Shown one piece after another: positions 9,740 through 18,413 of a stretch of 64,000 nucleotides of DNA. A program made the translations under genes and the position numbers. Numbering within the stretch: position 1 is the stretch's first letter; each line of letters starts with the position of its first letter. The stretch comes from Pseudomonadota bacterium (GTDB taxonomy: Archaea; Thermoplasmatota; SW-10-69-26; JACQPN01; JAJPHT01): positions 1-64,000 of the forward strand of contig JAJPHT010000013.1 of NCBI GenBank assembly GCA_021325135.1, in the 5' to 3' direction. Below the pieces are notes generated by a model. It was given only the letters and a program-made list of their open reading frames with translations, ran no database searches and was not told the DNA's origin.

Positions 9740-9832
9740 GCGGGGGGTTCGGGGGGCGCAGCCCCCTGACGTTTTGATCGTCTGCTGGACTTGGACTTCA
9801 CGTCAGGGGGCTGCGCCCCCCGAACCCCCCGC
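9740..9832. repeat. Palindromic miniature element, copy 1
   Basis: Perfect 33-bp inverted repeat gcggggggttcggggggcgcagccccctgacgt with a 27-nt loop. Confidence 0.9.
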
Positions 9833-9885
9833 CCTGAGGCCAATCTGGGACAATCCTCATAGCCCGCCCGACGCGGTCAGGCACC

Positions 9886-11064
9886 GTGGCCAAGACCGCG
9901 AACGTGGGCCGCGTCGTGGAGACGGGCGCCATCCTGGGCGTCCTCACGGTGGTCCTCGTCGCGACGGGCATCGCCATGTCGCCCACGGTGCTCGCCCAGC
10001 TGGGCCTCTTCGCGCAGCCGTGGGCCGCCAACGCGTTCTACGTCGTCCACATGACGTGCGCGGTGCTGCTGGTCGCCTTCCTCGCGTGGCACCTCTGGCC
10101 CCTCGCCTACGCGATCCTCAAGAAGGCGGGCCAGACCCTTGCCCAGCGCGTCTCCTCCTTCACGCTCCTGGCGCTCGTCCTCGTGGAAATCGTCACCGGC
10201 TACCAGCTCTGGAGCCACAGCTACGTGCTCCTTCCCAAGGAGTGGAACGTGGCGGTCCACCTGGCGACGACGGGCCTCCTTCTCGTCCCGCTTGGCATCC
10301 ACGCGGCGCGCGGCCTGGGCGTGTGGCGCACGCGCCGCGACGCGCGCAAGGCCGCGCTGGCCGCCGCGACGGCCGCGGGACAGGGCGAGAAGGCCATCGC
10401 GCAGCAGCGCGGGGTCTCGCGCCGCCTCTTCCTGCGCCTCTCGGCCTACGCCGCCGCGGGCCTCGCCCTCGCCGCCACCTTCGGCTCGGCCGCCAAGGGG
10501 CAGATCGGCGCGTGGCGGCTCAACTCCGTGGGCCCCATCCCCGGCCTCACCAAGGAAAGCTATCATCTTCGCGTCACGGGGCTCGTGAACAAGCCCATCA
10601 GCATCTCGTTCCCCGAGCTGCTGGCGATGAGCAGCGTGACCACCGACCTCGTGCACCACTGCGTCGAGGGGTGGACCTATGAGAACCAGTTCACGGGCGT
10701 GCCCCTCTCCGCGATCCTGGAGCGCGCGGGCGGCGTGAAGCCCGGCGCCTCCATGCTGATCTTCAAGAGCCCCGAGGTGTCGCGCCAGTGGTTCGCGTGG
10801 GGCCAGCAGTACACCAGCAGCTTCCCGCTGAAGCCCGGCGTCGCGGAGAGCGCGCTCGTCGTCTACGCTGTCGCGGGCAAGGACCTGCCCCCCGAGCACG
10901 GCTTCCCCGTGCGCCTCATGACGCCGCGCAAGTGGGGCTACAAGGCGTGCAAGTGGCTCACCGAGATCGAGGTGAGCGCCGACGGGAGCTACCGCGGCTA
11001 CTGGGAGCGCGAAGGCTACAACGGCGACGGCGACTTCCCGGGGCCCATCTGGGAAGGGCAGTAA
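9886..11064 (+). CDS. Membrane-bound molybdopterin oxidoreductase (sulfite oxidase/MsrP/YuiH family) with N-terminal cytochrome b-like TM domain
   Basis: HHCVEGW Mo-ligand Cys, HGFPVRL, WGYKACKW, GYWE; four TM His; internal SRRLFL Tat-like motif. Confidence 0.85.
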   Translation: MAKTANVGRVVETGAILGVLTVVLVATGIAMSPTVLAQLGLFAQPWAANAFYVVHMTCAVLLVAFLAWHLWPLAYAILKKAGQTLAQRVSSFTLLALVLVEIVTGYQLWSHSYVLLPKEWNVAVHLATTGLLLVPLGIHAARGLGVWRTRRDARKAALAAATAAGQGEKAIAQQRGVSRRLFLRLSAYAAAGLALAATFGSAAKGQIGAWRLNSVGPIPGLTKESYHLRVTGLVNKPISISFPELLAMSSVTTDLVHHCVEGWTYENQFTGVPLSAILERAGGVKPGASMLIFKSPEVSRQWFAWGQQYTSSFPLKPGVAESALVVYAVAGKDLPPEHGFPVRLMTPRKWGYKACKWLTEIEVSADGSYRGYWEREGYNGDGDFPGPIWEGQ

Positions 11065-11065
11065 A

Positions 11066-11208
11066 GCGGGGGGTTCGGGGGAGTCGTTGGGCGGCGCCGC
11101 AGCGCCGCCAAAATGGGGGGTTTCAGGGGGGCTCGCCCCCCTGACGTCTCGGTCGTCTGCTGGAACGGGACTTCACTTCAGGGGGCTGCGCCCCCCGGAA
11201 CCCCCCGC
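11066..11208. repeat. Palindromic miniature element, copy 2 (with internal insertion)
   Basis: Same termini and similar loop (tcgtctgctgga...ggacttc) as 9740-9832. Confidence 0.85.
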
Positions 11209-11430
11209 TTTTCGCGCGCGCTCCACGGCGTCCCCCACGTCCTTCTCGCTCGTGCCCATGCGCTCCGCCGCCTCGCGCGGGCCCTCGTCGACGTACTCCG
11301 CGTCGGCGTGCTCGCCCTTCCCCGAGGGGTTCTCGCGCGCCCGGTCGGCCGTGGCCTGGGCGTTCCTCGTCGTCTCCACATCGAAGCCGGTGTAGGCCGG
11401 CCGGTAGGGCTTCTCCTTCTTGGCGGGCAT
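11173..11430 (-). CDS. Small hydrophilic protein (85 aa); C-terminus and stop lie within the repeat
   Basis: MPAKKEKPYRPAYTGFDVE...; typical codon usage. Confidence 0.6.
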   Translation of the reverse strand: MPAKKEKPYRPAYTGFDVETTRNAQATADRARENPSGKGEHADAEYVDEGPREAAERMGTSEKDVGDAVERARKAGGSGGRSPLK

Positions 11431-11560
11431 GGTGGGGGACGGCGCGGCCGGGTGCTTCAGGGTTCCCGAAGGGCGGTCGATCGCGCGTGCTCGACCCGCT
11501 TTGGATAAGGGGCCTCTCCTCGCCCTTTCTTGCTGGGGGCTCCGCCCCCTTTCCCCCCGC

Positions 11561-11592
11561 CGAACCACCGGACCAGCGGACCCCCGAACCAA
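11561..11592. repeat. Four tandem 8-nt units
   Basis: cgaaccac cggaccag cggacccc cgaaccaa. Confidence 0.6.
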
Positions 11593-11702
11593 CGCCCCGG
11601 GGATTCGGGCACGCAAAAGGAGGAATCCTCGGGGGCGGCGCGGGCGGCCCGGGGACGAAGGGGCAGTCCCTCTGGTGGAGCAAGCCGGCCAAAACCCAAA
11701 CT

Positions 11703-11749
11703 CATGTCGACCGAAATCTACATGATTCATGTTGACGTACATCGACATG
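11703..11749. promoter_or_regulatory. Two tandem palindromic ArsR-type operators
   Basis: catgtcga-N6-tctacatg (11703-11724) and catgttga-N6-tcgacatg (11728-11749); the second overlaps the arsR start codon. Confidence 0.7.
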
Positions 11750-12112
11750 ATGCCTCGGAAGGTCGCGCCCGCCCTCGCGCTGCGGCTGGAGACGCTTACT
11801 GGCGAGGACGGCGCGTGCTGCGCGGTGGACCTCCAGGCCGAGGCGCGCTCCGTGCGCGCGGGCCCCCGCATGGCGCAGGCGCTCGCCCGCGCGAAGGCCA
11901 TGGCGGACGAGAGCCGCCTCCTCGTCCTTGCGCTCCTGAAGCGCCGCGGCGAGATGTGCGCGTGCGAGGCGCAGGCCGCGCTGGGCGTCAGCCACGCCAC
12001 CGTGAGCCACCACATGGGCGTGCTCGTGGAGGCTGGCCTCGTCGAGGCCCAGCGGCGCGGCAAGTGGATGCGCTATCGACTCTCCGAAGGAACGAGGGAG
12101 ATTGTCCCGTGA
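11747..12112 (+). CDS. ArsR/SmtB family metalloregulator
   Basis: KAMADESRL, EMCACE (ELCVCD-like metal box), SHATVSHHM, GKW..Y wing; extra N-terminal CC. Confidence 0.9.
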   Translation: MMPRKVAPALALRLETLTGEDGACCAVDLQAEARSVRAGPRMAQALARAKAMADESRLLVLALLKRRGEMCACEAQAALGVSHATVSHHMGVLVEAGLVEAQRRGKWMRYRLSEGTREIVP

Positions 12113-12125
12113 CCGCGGGGAGGGG

Positions 12126-12194
12126 GTGAGGCCCATTCTGAACGATCCCGGATGCTGCGACCCCGGCTGCTGCGGCGGCGGAGGCTGCTGCTAG
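12126..12194 (+). CDS. Cys-rich metal(loid)-binding micropeptide (about 22 aa)
   Basis: MRPILNDPGCCDPGCCGGGGCC*; purine-rich RBS ggggagggggtga; the start may instead be ATT 12135 or CTG 12138. Confidence 0.65.
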   Translation: MRPILNDPGCCDPGCCGGGGCC

Positions 12195-12514
12195 CTTCTC
12201 AGGAGCCCCGCGAGCGCGGCGATGGCGAAGCAGAGCCCGGCCACCACCAGGGGCCGCAGGACGACGCGCATCTCGCGCTCGGGGGGCAGCCCGAAGAAGG
12301 GCCCCTCCGCCCGGAGCGGCAGCCCGAAGAGGGACCGCTCCAGGGCGCGGGCCGGACGCAGGAGGAGCGCCGCGGCCACGAGCAGGAGGGCCAGGGACGC
12401 GGCGACGAGGAGGAAGCCCTGCGTCGCGGCGAAGACGTCGCGCGGAAGGCGCGTGAGGAGCCACGCGATGGCGGCCGCGCCCGCCGCGACGGCGACGACG
12501 CGCGCGGGCCTCAT
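12191..12514 (-). CDS. Small membrane protein
   Basis: Three hydrophobic segments; ATGA overlap with the upstream gene. Confidence 0.6.
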   Translation of the reverse strand: MRPARVVAVAAGAAAIAWLLTRLPRDVFAATQGFLLVAASLALLLVAAALLLRPARALERSLFGLPLRAEGPFFGLPPEREMRVVLRPLVVAGLCFAIAALAGLLRS

Positions 12515-12840
12515 GCGGCCGCGCTCCGGCGGCGCTCCAGCAGCACGCCCAAGGCGAGCAGGGCGCCCACGACGAAGCCCGCGCTGAGGGCGAGGTTGAG
12601 CGCGACGCCGCCGTGCATGGAGAGCAGCGCGCCCGCCAGGAGGACGCCGTAGAGCGCCGTGCCCACCGCGCCGAAGAGGGGGAACCACCAGAGCATCGCG
12701 GCGCCGAAGACCCAGACGGAGCTGAAGAGGACGAGAAGGGCGGCGGGGATGCCCCAGCCGGCGAGCTTCACCGCCACGAGCGCCGCGGCCATGAGGAGAC
12801 ACCAGAGGGCCGCGAAGGCGCGCAGCGGGGTGCGAGGCAT
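12511..12840 (-). CDS. Small 4-TM membrane protein
   Basis: 109 aa, highly hydrophobic. Confidence 0.65.
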   Translation of the reverse strand: MPRTPLRAFAALWCLLMAAALVAVKLAGWGIPAALLVLFSSVWVFGAAMLWWFPLFGAVGTALYGVLLAGALLSMHGGVALNLALSAGFVVGALLALGVLLERRRSAAA

Positions 12841-12927
12841 GCGCGGGCGAGGCCGCGGCCTGCGAAAAGGATTGCGAGAAAAGGGGTGGGGGCTCGCGCC
12901 CCCGAGGTGGTGAACCCGTTGATCGGC

Positions 12928-13605
12928 CTAGTGGTGGATGGCGCCGCCCAGCGTGCCGGCGACCTGGCCGCCGACGCCGTGGACGCTGCCCACCGCGTTG
13001 CCCGCGACGTTGGCCGCGCCGTCCGCGCTGGGCTTGAGGCCCTGGAGCGCGCCGTCGGCCGTCGCGCCGAGCTTGCCGCCGACGTTGCCCACGTCGGTCG
13101 TGCCCGTGGCGCCGAGGTTCGCGTCGCCGCTGGCGTGGCCGCCCAGCGACTTCACGGCGCCCACGAGGGAGTGGAAGCGGGACGTGAGCCAGCCCCAGAA
13201 GCCGCAAGGCGCGGAGCCCTCGTCGCCCTTCTTCAGGGGTGCGTCGGCGCCGACGTCCGTGCTGGTCTGGAGCGAGCCGGTCGCGGCGGCGTGGCCGGGC
13301 GCGTCCGCGCCGAGGCTGGCGACGGAGTGGCCCGCGCCGTCGGTGCCGGCCTGGGCCTGGGCGTTGGCCTTCTCGGTCTCAAGGCCCGCCGTCGCGGTGG
13401 TCGCGGGCTTGGCGTCGAGGTGCGTGCCGTCGAGCTTCGCGGTGGGCGAGGAGGAGGCGTCGGCATGGAGCGTGCCGTGGTCCGTCTGGACCGAGTGGCT
13501 GGCGCCGATGTCAGCGCCGACTCCAGGGCCCAGCGCGGCCGCGGGGGCCGCGAGGGCGACGAGTCCGATCAGGGCGAGCAGGGGGATCCGCGTTCGGTTG
13601 GTCAT
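12928..13605 (-). CDS. Secreted Gly/Ala/Thr-rich low-complexity protein
   Basis: Signal peptide MTNRTRIPLLALIGLVALAAPAAA; low-complexity mature region. Confidence 0.7.
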   Translation of the reverse strand: MTNRTRIPLLALIGLVALAAPAAALGPGVGADIGASHSVQTDHGTLHADASSSPTAKLDGTHLDAKPATTATAGLETEKANAQAQAGTDGAGHSVASLGADAPGHAAATGSLQTSTDVGADAPLKKGDEGSAPCGFWGWLTSRFHSLVGAVKSLGGHASGDANLGATGTTDVGNVGGKLGATADGALQGLKPSADGAANVAGNAVGSVHGVGGQVAGTLGGAIHH

Positions 13606-13762
13606 CGGCACAGGGTTGCCCTGCGCGGGCGATAGCAAGATTGGATGTGGGCGGAAACTGAGGCCCCGCCACCACGAGGAATCCTTGAATCCTCACGGAT
13701 CGTGTTTCGGTTCGCTTGCAAACCGCGCAGTTCAACTACCCCTCCGGGGCCGTCCAGGGAGC

Positions 13763-14440
13763 ATGGACGCCGCGGGCGCGTGGGCCGCCCTCCAGCCTTG
13801 GATCACGAGGCTGGAGATCTGGAGAGGCTACGAGAGCGACCTGGAGACGCTGCTGATCTACGCGTTCGGCATCGCGCTCTACACGGTGCTCGTCTTCGCG
13901 TTCTGCCAGAACCTCTCGCGCGTCGAGGCCTTCCACGCGCGCCCCCGCGCGGGCTGGGCGGGCCGGACCGCCAAGGTCGTCGAGATCGCCCTCGTCTTCC
14001 CCGTGATGAGCATGCTCTTCTTCGGCGTGCTGGGCGCCTCGCTCTTCCTTCTCGCCAAGTCGCAGTCCACCTACCAGATCCTCCTCCTTGCCATGGCGGT
14101 CGTCCTCAGCGTCCGCGTCACGTCCTTCATCAGCTCCGACATGAGCGTCGACCTCGCGAAGCTCCTGCCCCTGGGCCTCCTGGGCGTGTTCCTGGTGGAC
14201 CCCGGCTCCGTGACGCTGGCCATGGCGTGGGCCCGCGTGAAGGAGACGCCCACGCTCATGCCCGAGATCGCGCGCTTCTTCGCCCTCTTCATCGTCGCCG
14301 AGTCCGCGCTGCGCGGCGGGCGCTGGGCCGCCCACAAGGGGCTCGCCGCGTACCGCGGCCGCCGCGCGCGCCGCGTCGAGGTGAAGACGCCCGCCGCGAC
14401 GGCGGACCTCGAGATCGTCGCGGTCGAGCCTCGCGCGTGA
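13763..14440 (+). CDS. Polytopic membrane protein of unknown function
   Basis: About five TM helices; DLAKLLP motif. Confidence 0.75.
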   Translation: MDAAGAWAALQPWITRLEIWRGYESDLETLLIYAFGIALYTVLVFAFCQNLSRVEAFHARPRAGWAGRTAKVVEIALVFPVMSMLFFGVLGASLFLLAKSQSTYQILLLAMAVVLSVRVTSFISSDMSVDLAKLLPLGLLGVFLVDPGSVTLAMAWARVKETPTLMPEIARFFALFIVAESALRGGRWAAHKGLAAYRGRRARRVEVKTPAATADLEIVAVEPRA

Positions 14441-14983
14441 TCACGCGGCCGGCGCGCGCACCGCGTCCAGGAACGCGCGCTCGTCGCTCGGCTCCACGCG
14501 GAAGCGCGCGAGCCGGCGCCCCGCGGGCGACTCCACCTGCACGCGCACGCGCGCCCGGCGCCTCCTCTTGCCCGCTTCGCGCTCCACGACGCGCACCTGC
14601 GCGAGCGGCCACGCGTCGGGCTTGGGCGCGGGGAGCACGCGCGAGAGCGGATGGTCCAGGTGCACGCGCAGGAGGCGCCGGTCCGTGACAGCGTAAGCCG
14701 TGTAGCGGTGCTGGAGGACGGTCCGCGCCGAGTCGGCCAGGAAGGCGAGCCCCGCGACGAGGGCCGCGATCACGGGCGACACCGCGTGCTCGGGCCAGAT
14801 GGGGAGGTATTGCCACCAAGAGGGGCGGCTGAAGCCCACGTAGAACGTGAGGTACGCCCAGAGGGCCACGCTCAGCGCGACGCGCCGCCACGCCTCGTGG
14901 CCCGGAGCCTCGGCCCAGCGCACGGGCTCGCCGGGTTGCAGGTGCGGGGAGAGCCAGGCGGGGGACGCGGAGGGCCCGGTCAT
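14441..14983 (-). CDS. Membrane protein with bacterial PH-like C-terminus
   Basis: LQPGEPVRW, two TM helices, YAVTDRRLL. Confidence 0.6.
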   Translation of the reverse strand: MTGPSASPAWLSPHLQPGEPVRWAEAPGHEAWRRVALSVALWAYLTFYVGFSRPSWWQYLPIWPEHAVSPVIAALVAGLAFLADSARTVLQHRYTAYAVTDRRLLRVHLDHPLSRVLPAPKPDAWPLAQVRVVEREAGKRRRRARVRVQVESPAGRRLARFRVEPSDERAFLDAVRAPAA

Positions 14984-15090
14984 CGCGCCGCGCCATCCCT
15001 CGGGGGCTCGAAAAGGCTTGGTCGGAGAGCGATCCACCTGGCCGCGCCACCTTGCGGCAGGATGAAGCGGCGCCGGCGTCTGCCGCCTTC

Positions 15091-16017
15091 GTGCGCGCCC
15101 TTCCGCCCCTGCTGGCGATCCTGCTCGTCGTCCTCCTCAGCGCCCCCTCCGCGTCCGCGCAGGGCGTCAACGTCAGCGCCAACGACTGCCCGCCCAAGAC
15201 GACGGACAAGGAGAAGACGAAGGTGGACAACGAGACGGGCTGGAACCTCTACAACACCACGTACCCCAACGGATACGATATCGAGATCTGGTGCCTCGAC
15301 CACCCGGGCGGGGACATCCGCGTGCGGGTCAGCGTGCCGCAGGCGGACGGGAACAAGACCTACGTCTGGGTCGCGGGCTGCTTCCTGCCCGACGGGCTCA
15401 ACGTCGGACAGGCCTGGTGGAGCACGGGCCGCTTCCACCTGGCGTGGGGCAACTGGCACAACGCCAGCACCCGCGACTACCACTTCGACCTGCTCTACCC
15501 GCCTGGCAACCTCACCATCACGCTCACCGCCAACAAGACGCCCGTGCGCAACGTCACGATCCCCGCGCCCGCGAACCTCAGCAACCTCAGCGGCGCGGTG
15601 CGAAGCCTGGCGGCCGCCGACCTTCCGCAGGCGCCGCGCTGCGCCGCGGGCTTCGACCACGGCGCCGCCGTCGCGTGGGACCCGGGCGCGGGCCTCGCGC
15701 TGGCCTCCGCCACGCAGACCTCCCTCTCCGTGCAGTGGCCGGCGGCGGAGGGCATCGAGGGCGTGACGACCTACCGCGTCGCGATCGACGGCGGCTCGCC
15801 CGTGGACGTCGGCGCCATCCGCGACCACACGTTCGAAGGGCTGGCCGCGGGCTCGCAGCACGCGGTCCGCGTGGAGGCGTGCGACGTGGAGGGCAACTGC
15901 ACCGCGGATGGGCCCCAGGGGACGTTCGCCACGCAGAAGCCCGCAGCCCTTCCGGGGGCCGCTTGGGCCCTCGCCGCCGTCGCGCTGGCCGCGCTCGTGG
16001 CCCGGCGAAGAGGGTAG
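15091..16017 (+). CDS. Secreted fibronectin type III domain protein with C-terminal sorting anchor
   Basis: Signal peptide; FN3 motifs SLSVQW, YRV, FEGL, VRVEA; LPG-TM-RRRG tail; many N-X-S/T sequons. Confidence 0.75.
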   Translation: MRALPPLLAILLVVLLSAPSASAQGVNVSANDCPPKTTDKEKTKVDNETGWNLYNTTYPNGYDIEIWCLDHPGGDIRVRVSVPQADGNKTYVWVAGCFLPDGLNVGQAWWSTGRFHLAWGNWHNASTRDYHFDLLYPPGNLTITLTANKTPVRNVTIPAPANLSNLSGAVRSLAAADLPQAPRCAAGFDHGAAVAWDPGAGLALASATQTSLSVQWPAAEGIEGVTTYRVAIDGGSPVDVGAIRDHTFEGLAAGSQHAVRVEACDVEGNCTADGPQGTFATQKPAALPGAAWALAAVALAALVARRRG

Positions 16018-16023
16018 ACGAGG

Positions 16024-16188
16024 AGCGTGTCGCTCCCCGTCTGTCGAGCCGCCCCTCCACGTCGGCTGGCGTACCAGCCGGCAATACTCCCTGCGCGCCC
16101 CGCTCCGCCGCGCTTTCGCGCGGCTTCGGGGGCGACAAGCGTGTCCTGCTGAATGAAGCGTGTCGCTCCCCGTCTGTCGAGCCGCCCC
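16024..16188. repeat. Perfect 32-bp intergenic direct repeat
   Basis: agcgtgtcgctccccgtctgtcgagccgcccc at 16024-16055 and 16157-16188. Confidence 0.9.
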
Positions 16189-16297
16189 ATCTGCGTATGT
16201 CGGCGGCGCTTACCATGGGGGAGCGTGCGCCGGCATGCCCGCCCCGGTCCAAAGCGTTTCGCCGAACGCTTATCCTCGGGGTCGCGGCTCCCGGCGC

Positions 16298-17020
16298 GTG
16301 CGTGGAGGCCGCCGCCTGCTCCTGCTGGTCGCGCTCGCGCCGCTCGCGGCGGGCTGCGTGGGCCTGGCGCCGCGGGAGACGCTGCTGGACGCCGCGCCCG
16401 TCTCCCTGGCCCCGGGCGAGACGTGGTCGCACCCGTTCCAGCTCGGTCCGGAGCAGCGCGGAGAGATCGCGTGGAGCGTGAGGAACGACGCGCCGGAGAG
16501 CGCCCTCGCCGCCTGCCTGCGCTCCGGCGACTCGACGTTCTGGACGGACCCGTGGAACGACACCCTCGTCATGGACATCCTGGGCTGCCGCCAGATGGGT
16601 GCCGGGGCGGACGTGCAGAACGGCTCCTTCGAGGACGCGCCCGCCGGGGGCGGCCTCCACGAGCTGCTGGTCCACTGCCAGGGCCCGGGCCCGTGCCGCG
16701 GGCGGGCGACCCTCTCGGCGCAGACGGTGAGCGAGGCGTCGACGGTGGCGCTCATCGTCGTGGGCGTGCTCGCCTTCGCGCTCGTCCTGCGCGTCGCGGC
16801 GGACCAGATGGACCGCGGCCGCATCCGGGACTTCGTGGCGCAGCGCGGCGGCCGCGTGGAGTCCATCTCGTGGCGGCCCTTCGGCCACGGCTGGCTGGGC
16901 GAGCGCGGCGAGCGCATCTACGACGTGCGCTACGTGGACCGCTTGGGCCAAGCCCGCGAGGCGTCGTTCAAGACGAGCCTCTTCAGCGGCGTCTGGACCG
17001 ATGCGATGCCTGGGGACTAG
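16298..17020 (+). CDS. Lipoprotein with additional TM helix and cytoplasmic tail
   Basis: LAAGC lipobox; TM VALIVVGVLAFALVL. Confidence 0.65.
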   Translation: MRGGRRLLLLVALAPLAAGCVGLAPRETLLDAAPVSLAPGETWSHPFQLGPEQRGEIAWSVRNDAPESALAACLRSGDSTFWTDPWNDTLVMDILGCRQMGAGADVQNGSFEDAPAGGGLHELLVHCQGPGPCRGRATLSAQTVSEASTVALIVVGVLAFALVLRVAADQMDRGRIRDFVAQRGGRVESISWRPFGHGWLGERGERIYDVRYVDRLGQAREASFKTSLFSGVWTDAMPGD

Positions 17021-17571
17021 GCGCCCTTCAGCCACGCCAGCACGGTGGCCGCGTTGCGGTCGGGCGGGAAGACGGGGTAGAACGCCTTGCGCACGCGCCC
17101 TTGCTCCACCACGAGGGCGAGGCGCTTGAGCAGGCGCGCGCCGCGGTACTCGAAGGTGGGCAGCCGCATCGCGTCGGTGAGCGCGAAGCCCTCGTCGCTG
17201 AGCATCTCGTAGGGGATCGCCATGCGCGAGACGAACTCGGCCTGGTGCGCGGGGCTGTTGGTGGAGAGGCCGAAGACCTCGTGGCCCAGCGCGCGGAACT
17301 CGGCGTGCAGGTCGCGGTAGGCGCAGGACTGCGGCGTGCAGCCGCGGGCGCCGGGGATCTCGTCCCACCCCGGGGGCGCGGGCTCGCCAGGGACGCCGGT
17401 GCGCGGGTAGGCGAAAAGGACGAAGCGCGGCGCGGCGGAGGCCACGTCGACGAGGCGCCCCCGCGTGCTGCGGAGCCTGACGTGCGGGAGCGCCATGCCT
17501 TCGAGGTGCGCCGCCGCGCCGTCGTCCTGGGGCGCGGGCAGGTCCGGGGGCAGCGTCGTGAAGTCGCGCAC
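17017..17571 (-). CDS. Peroxiredoxin (Bcp/PrxQ-like)
   Basis: LPPDLPAPQDDG N-terminus, PGARGCTPQSC active site. Confidence 0.88.
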   Translation of the reverse strand: MRDFTTLPPDLPAPQDDGAAAHLEGMALPHVRLRSTRGRLVDVASAAPRFVLFAYPRTGVPGEPAPPGWDEIPGARGCTPQSCAYRDLHAEFRALGHEVFGLSTNSPAHQAEFVSRMAIPYEMLSDEGFALTDAMRLPTFEYRGARLLKRLALVVEQGRVRKAFYPVFPPDRNAATVLAWLKGA

Positions 17572-17628
17572 GGCTCCGGAGCGCGCCGCCGGAGAAAGAC
17601 TGTTTCGTGCGCGCCGCGCTGCGGGGGC

Positions 17629-17976
17629 GTGGACCCGGACTCCTTCGCCCGCAGCTGGCTCGCCGCGTTCAACGCCCGCGACGTGGACGCCATCCTGGCG
17701 CACTACGCGGAGGACGTCGAGCACTCCTCCCCCACCGTCGCGCGCCTGCTGGGCGAGCCCTCGGGCATCGTGCGCGGCAAGCCGGCGCTGCGCGCGTACT
17801 TCGTGCAGGCGCTCGCGGCGGCGGGGCCGGGCCTGCGCTACGACCTCACGAAGGTGTACGCCGGCGTCGAGGGCGTGACGCTGCTCTACAACCGCTCGGG
17901 CGGCAAGCTCGTGGCGGAGACGTTCCACTTCGACGAGCGCGGGCTCGTGAGGCGCGCGTTCGTGGCGCACGCCTGA
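17629..17976 (+). CDS. SnoaL/NTF2-like protein
   Basis: WLAAFNARDVDAILAHYAED, RGKPALRAYF. Confidence 0.85.
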   Translation: MDPDSFARSWLAAFNARDVDAILAHYAEDVEHSSPTVARLLGEPSGIVRGKPALRAYFVQALAAAGPGLRYDLTKVYAGVEGVTLLYNRSGGKLVAETFHFDERGLVRRAFVAHA

Positions 17977-17981
17977 GGCGC

Positions 17982-18413
17982 TCACGCCTTCGCGAGCCGG
18001 CGGCGAAGCTCCTGCGTGCTGGCGGCCCGCGCGGGGAAGCGCTTGAGGATCTCCTTGTCCTCGGTCCAGAGGAGGGCGTCGCGCTGCTCGGCGAGGGCGA
18101 GGTACGCGGCATCGTAGAACGTGAGCTTCCCCTCCGTGGCGACGGCGAGGGCTCGGTGGAACGCGTCGGGCGCCAGGTGCTCCACGTCCACGATGGCGTG
18201 CGCGGCGTCGAGCATTGCGCCGCGGCGCTCGGCCTTGCCCTGCGTGCGCGCGAGGACGTTGCCCACCTCGTACTGGTAGAGCGCGGGGGCGAGGACCTTC
18301 TGCCCGCGCTCCAGCGCAGCGCCGTAGGCGTCGCGCGCCTCGACGTGCCCGGGCTGGTCCTCCAGGAGGATGCGGATGGCCACGCTGGCGTCGAGGACGA
18401 TCTCGTCAGCCAT
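17982..18413 (-). CDS. vapC: PIN-domain toxin (VapC)
   Basis: VLDAS, YEVGN, FYDAAYLALA, WTED acidic tetrad. Confidence 0.88.
   Translation of the reverse strand: MADEIVLDASVAIRILLEDQPGHVEARDAYGAALERGQKVLAPALYQYEVGNVLARTQGKAERRGAMLDAAHAIVDVEHLAPDAFHRALAVATEGKLTFYDAAYLALAEQRDALLWTEDKEILKRFPARAASTQELRRRLAKA

Noticed and set aside
16024-16188. Possible CRISPR array
   Set aside because: Only two repeat copies, a 101-bp spacer and no cas genes
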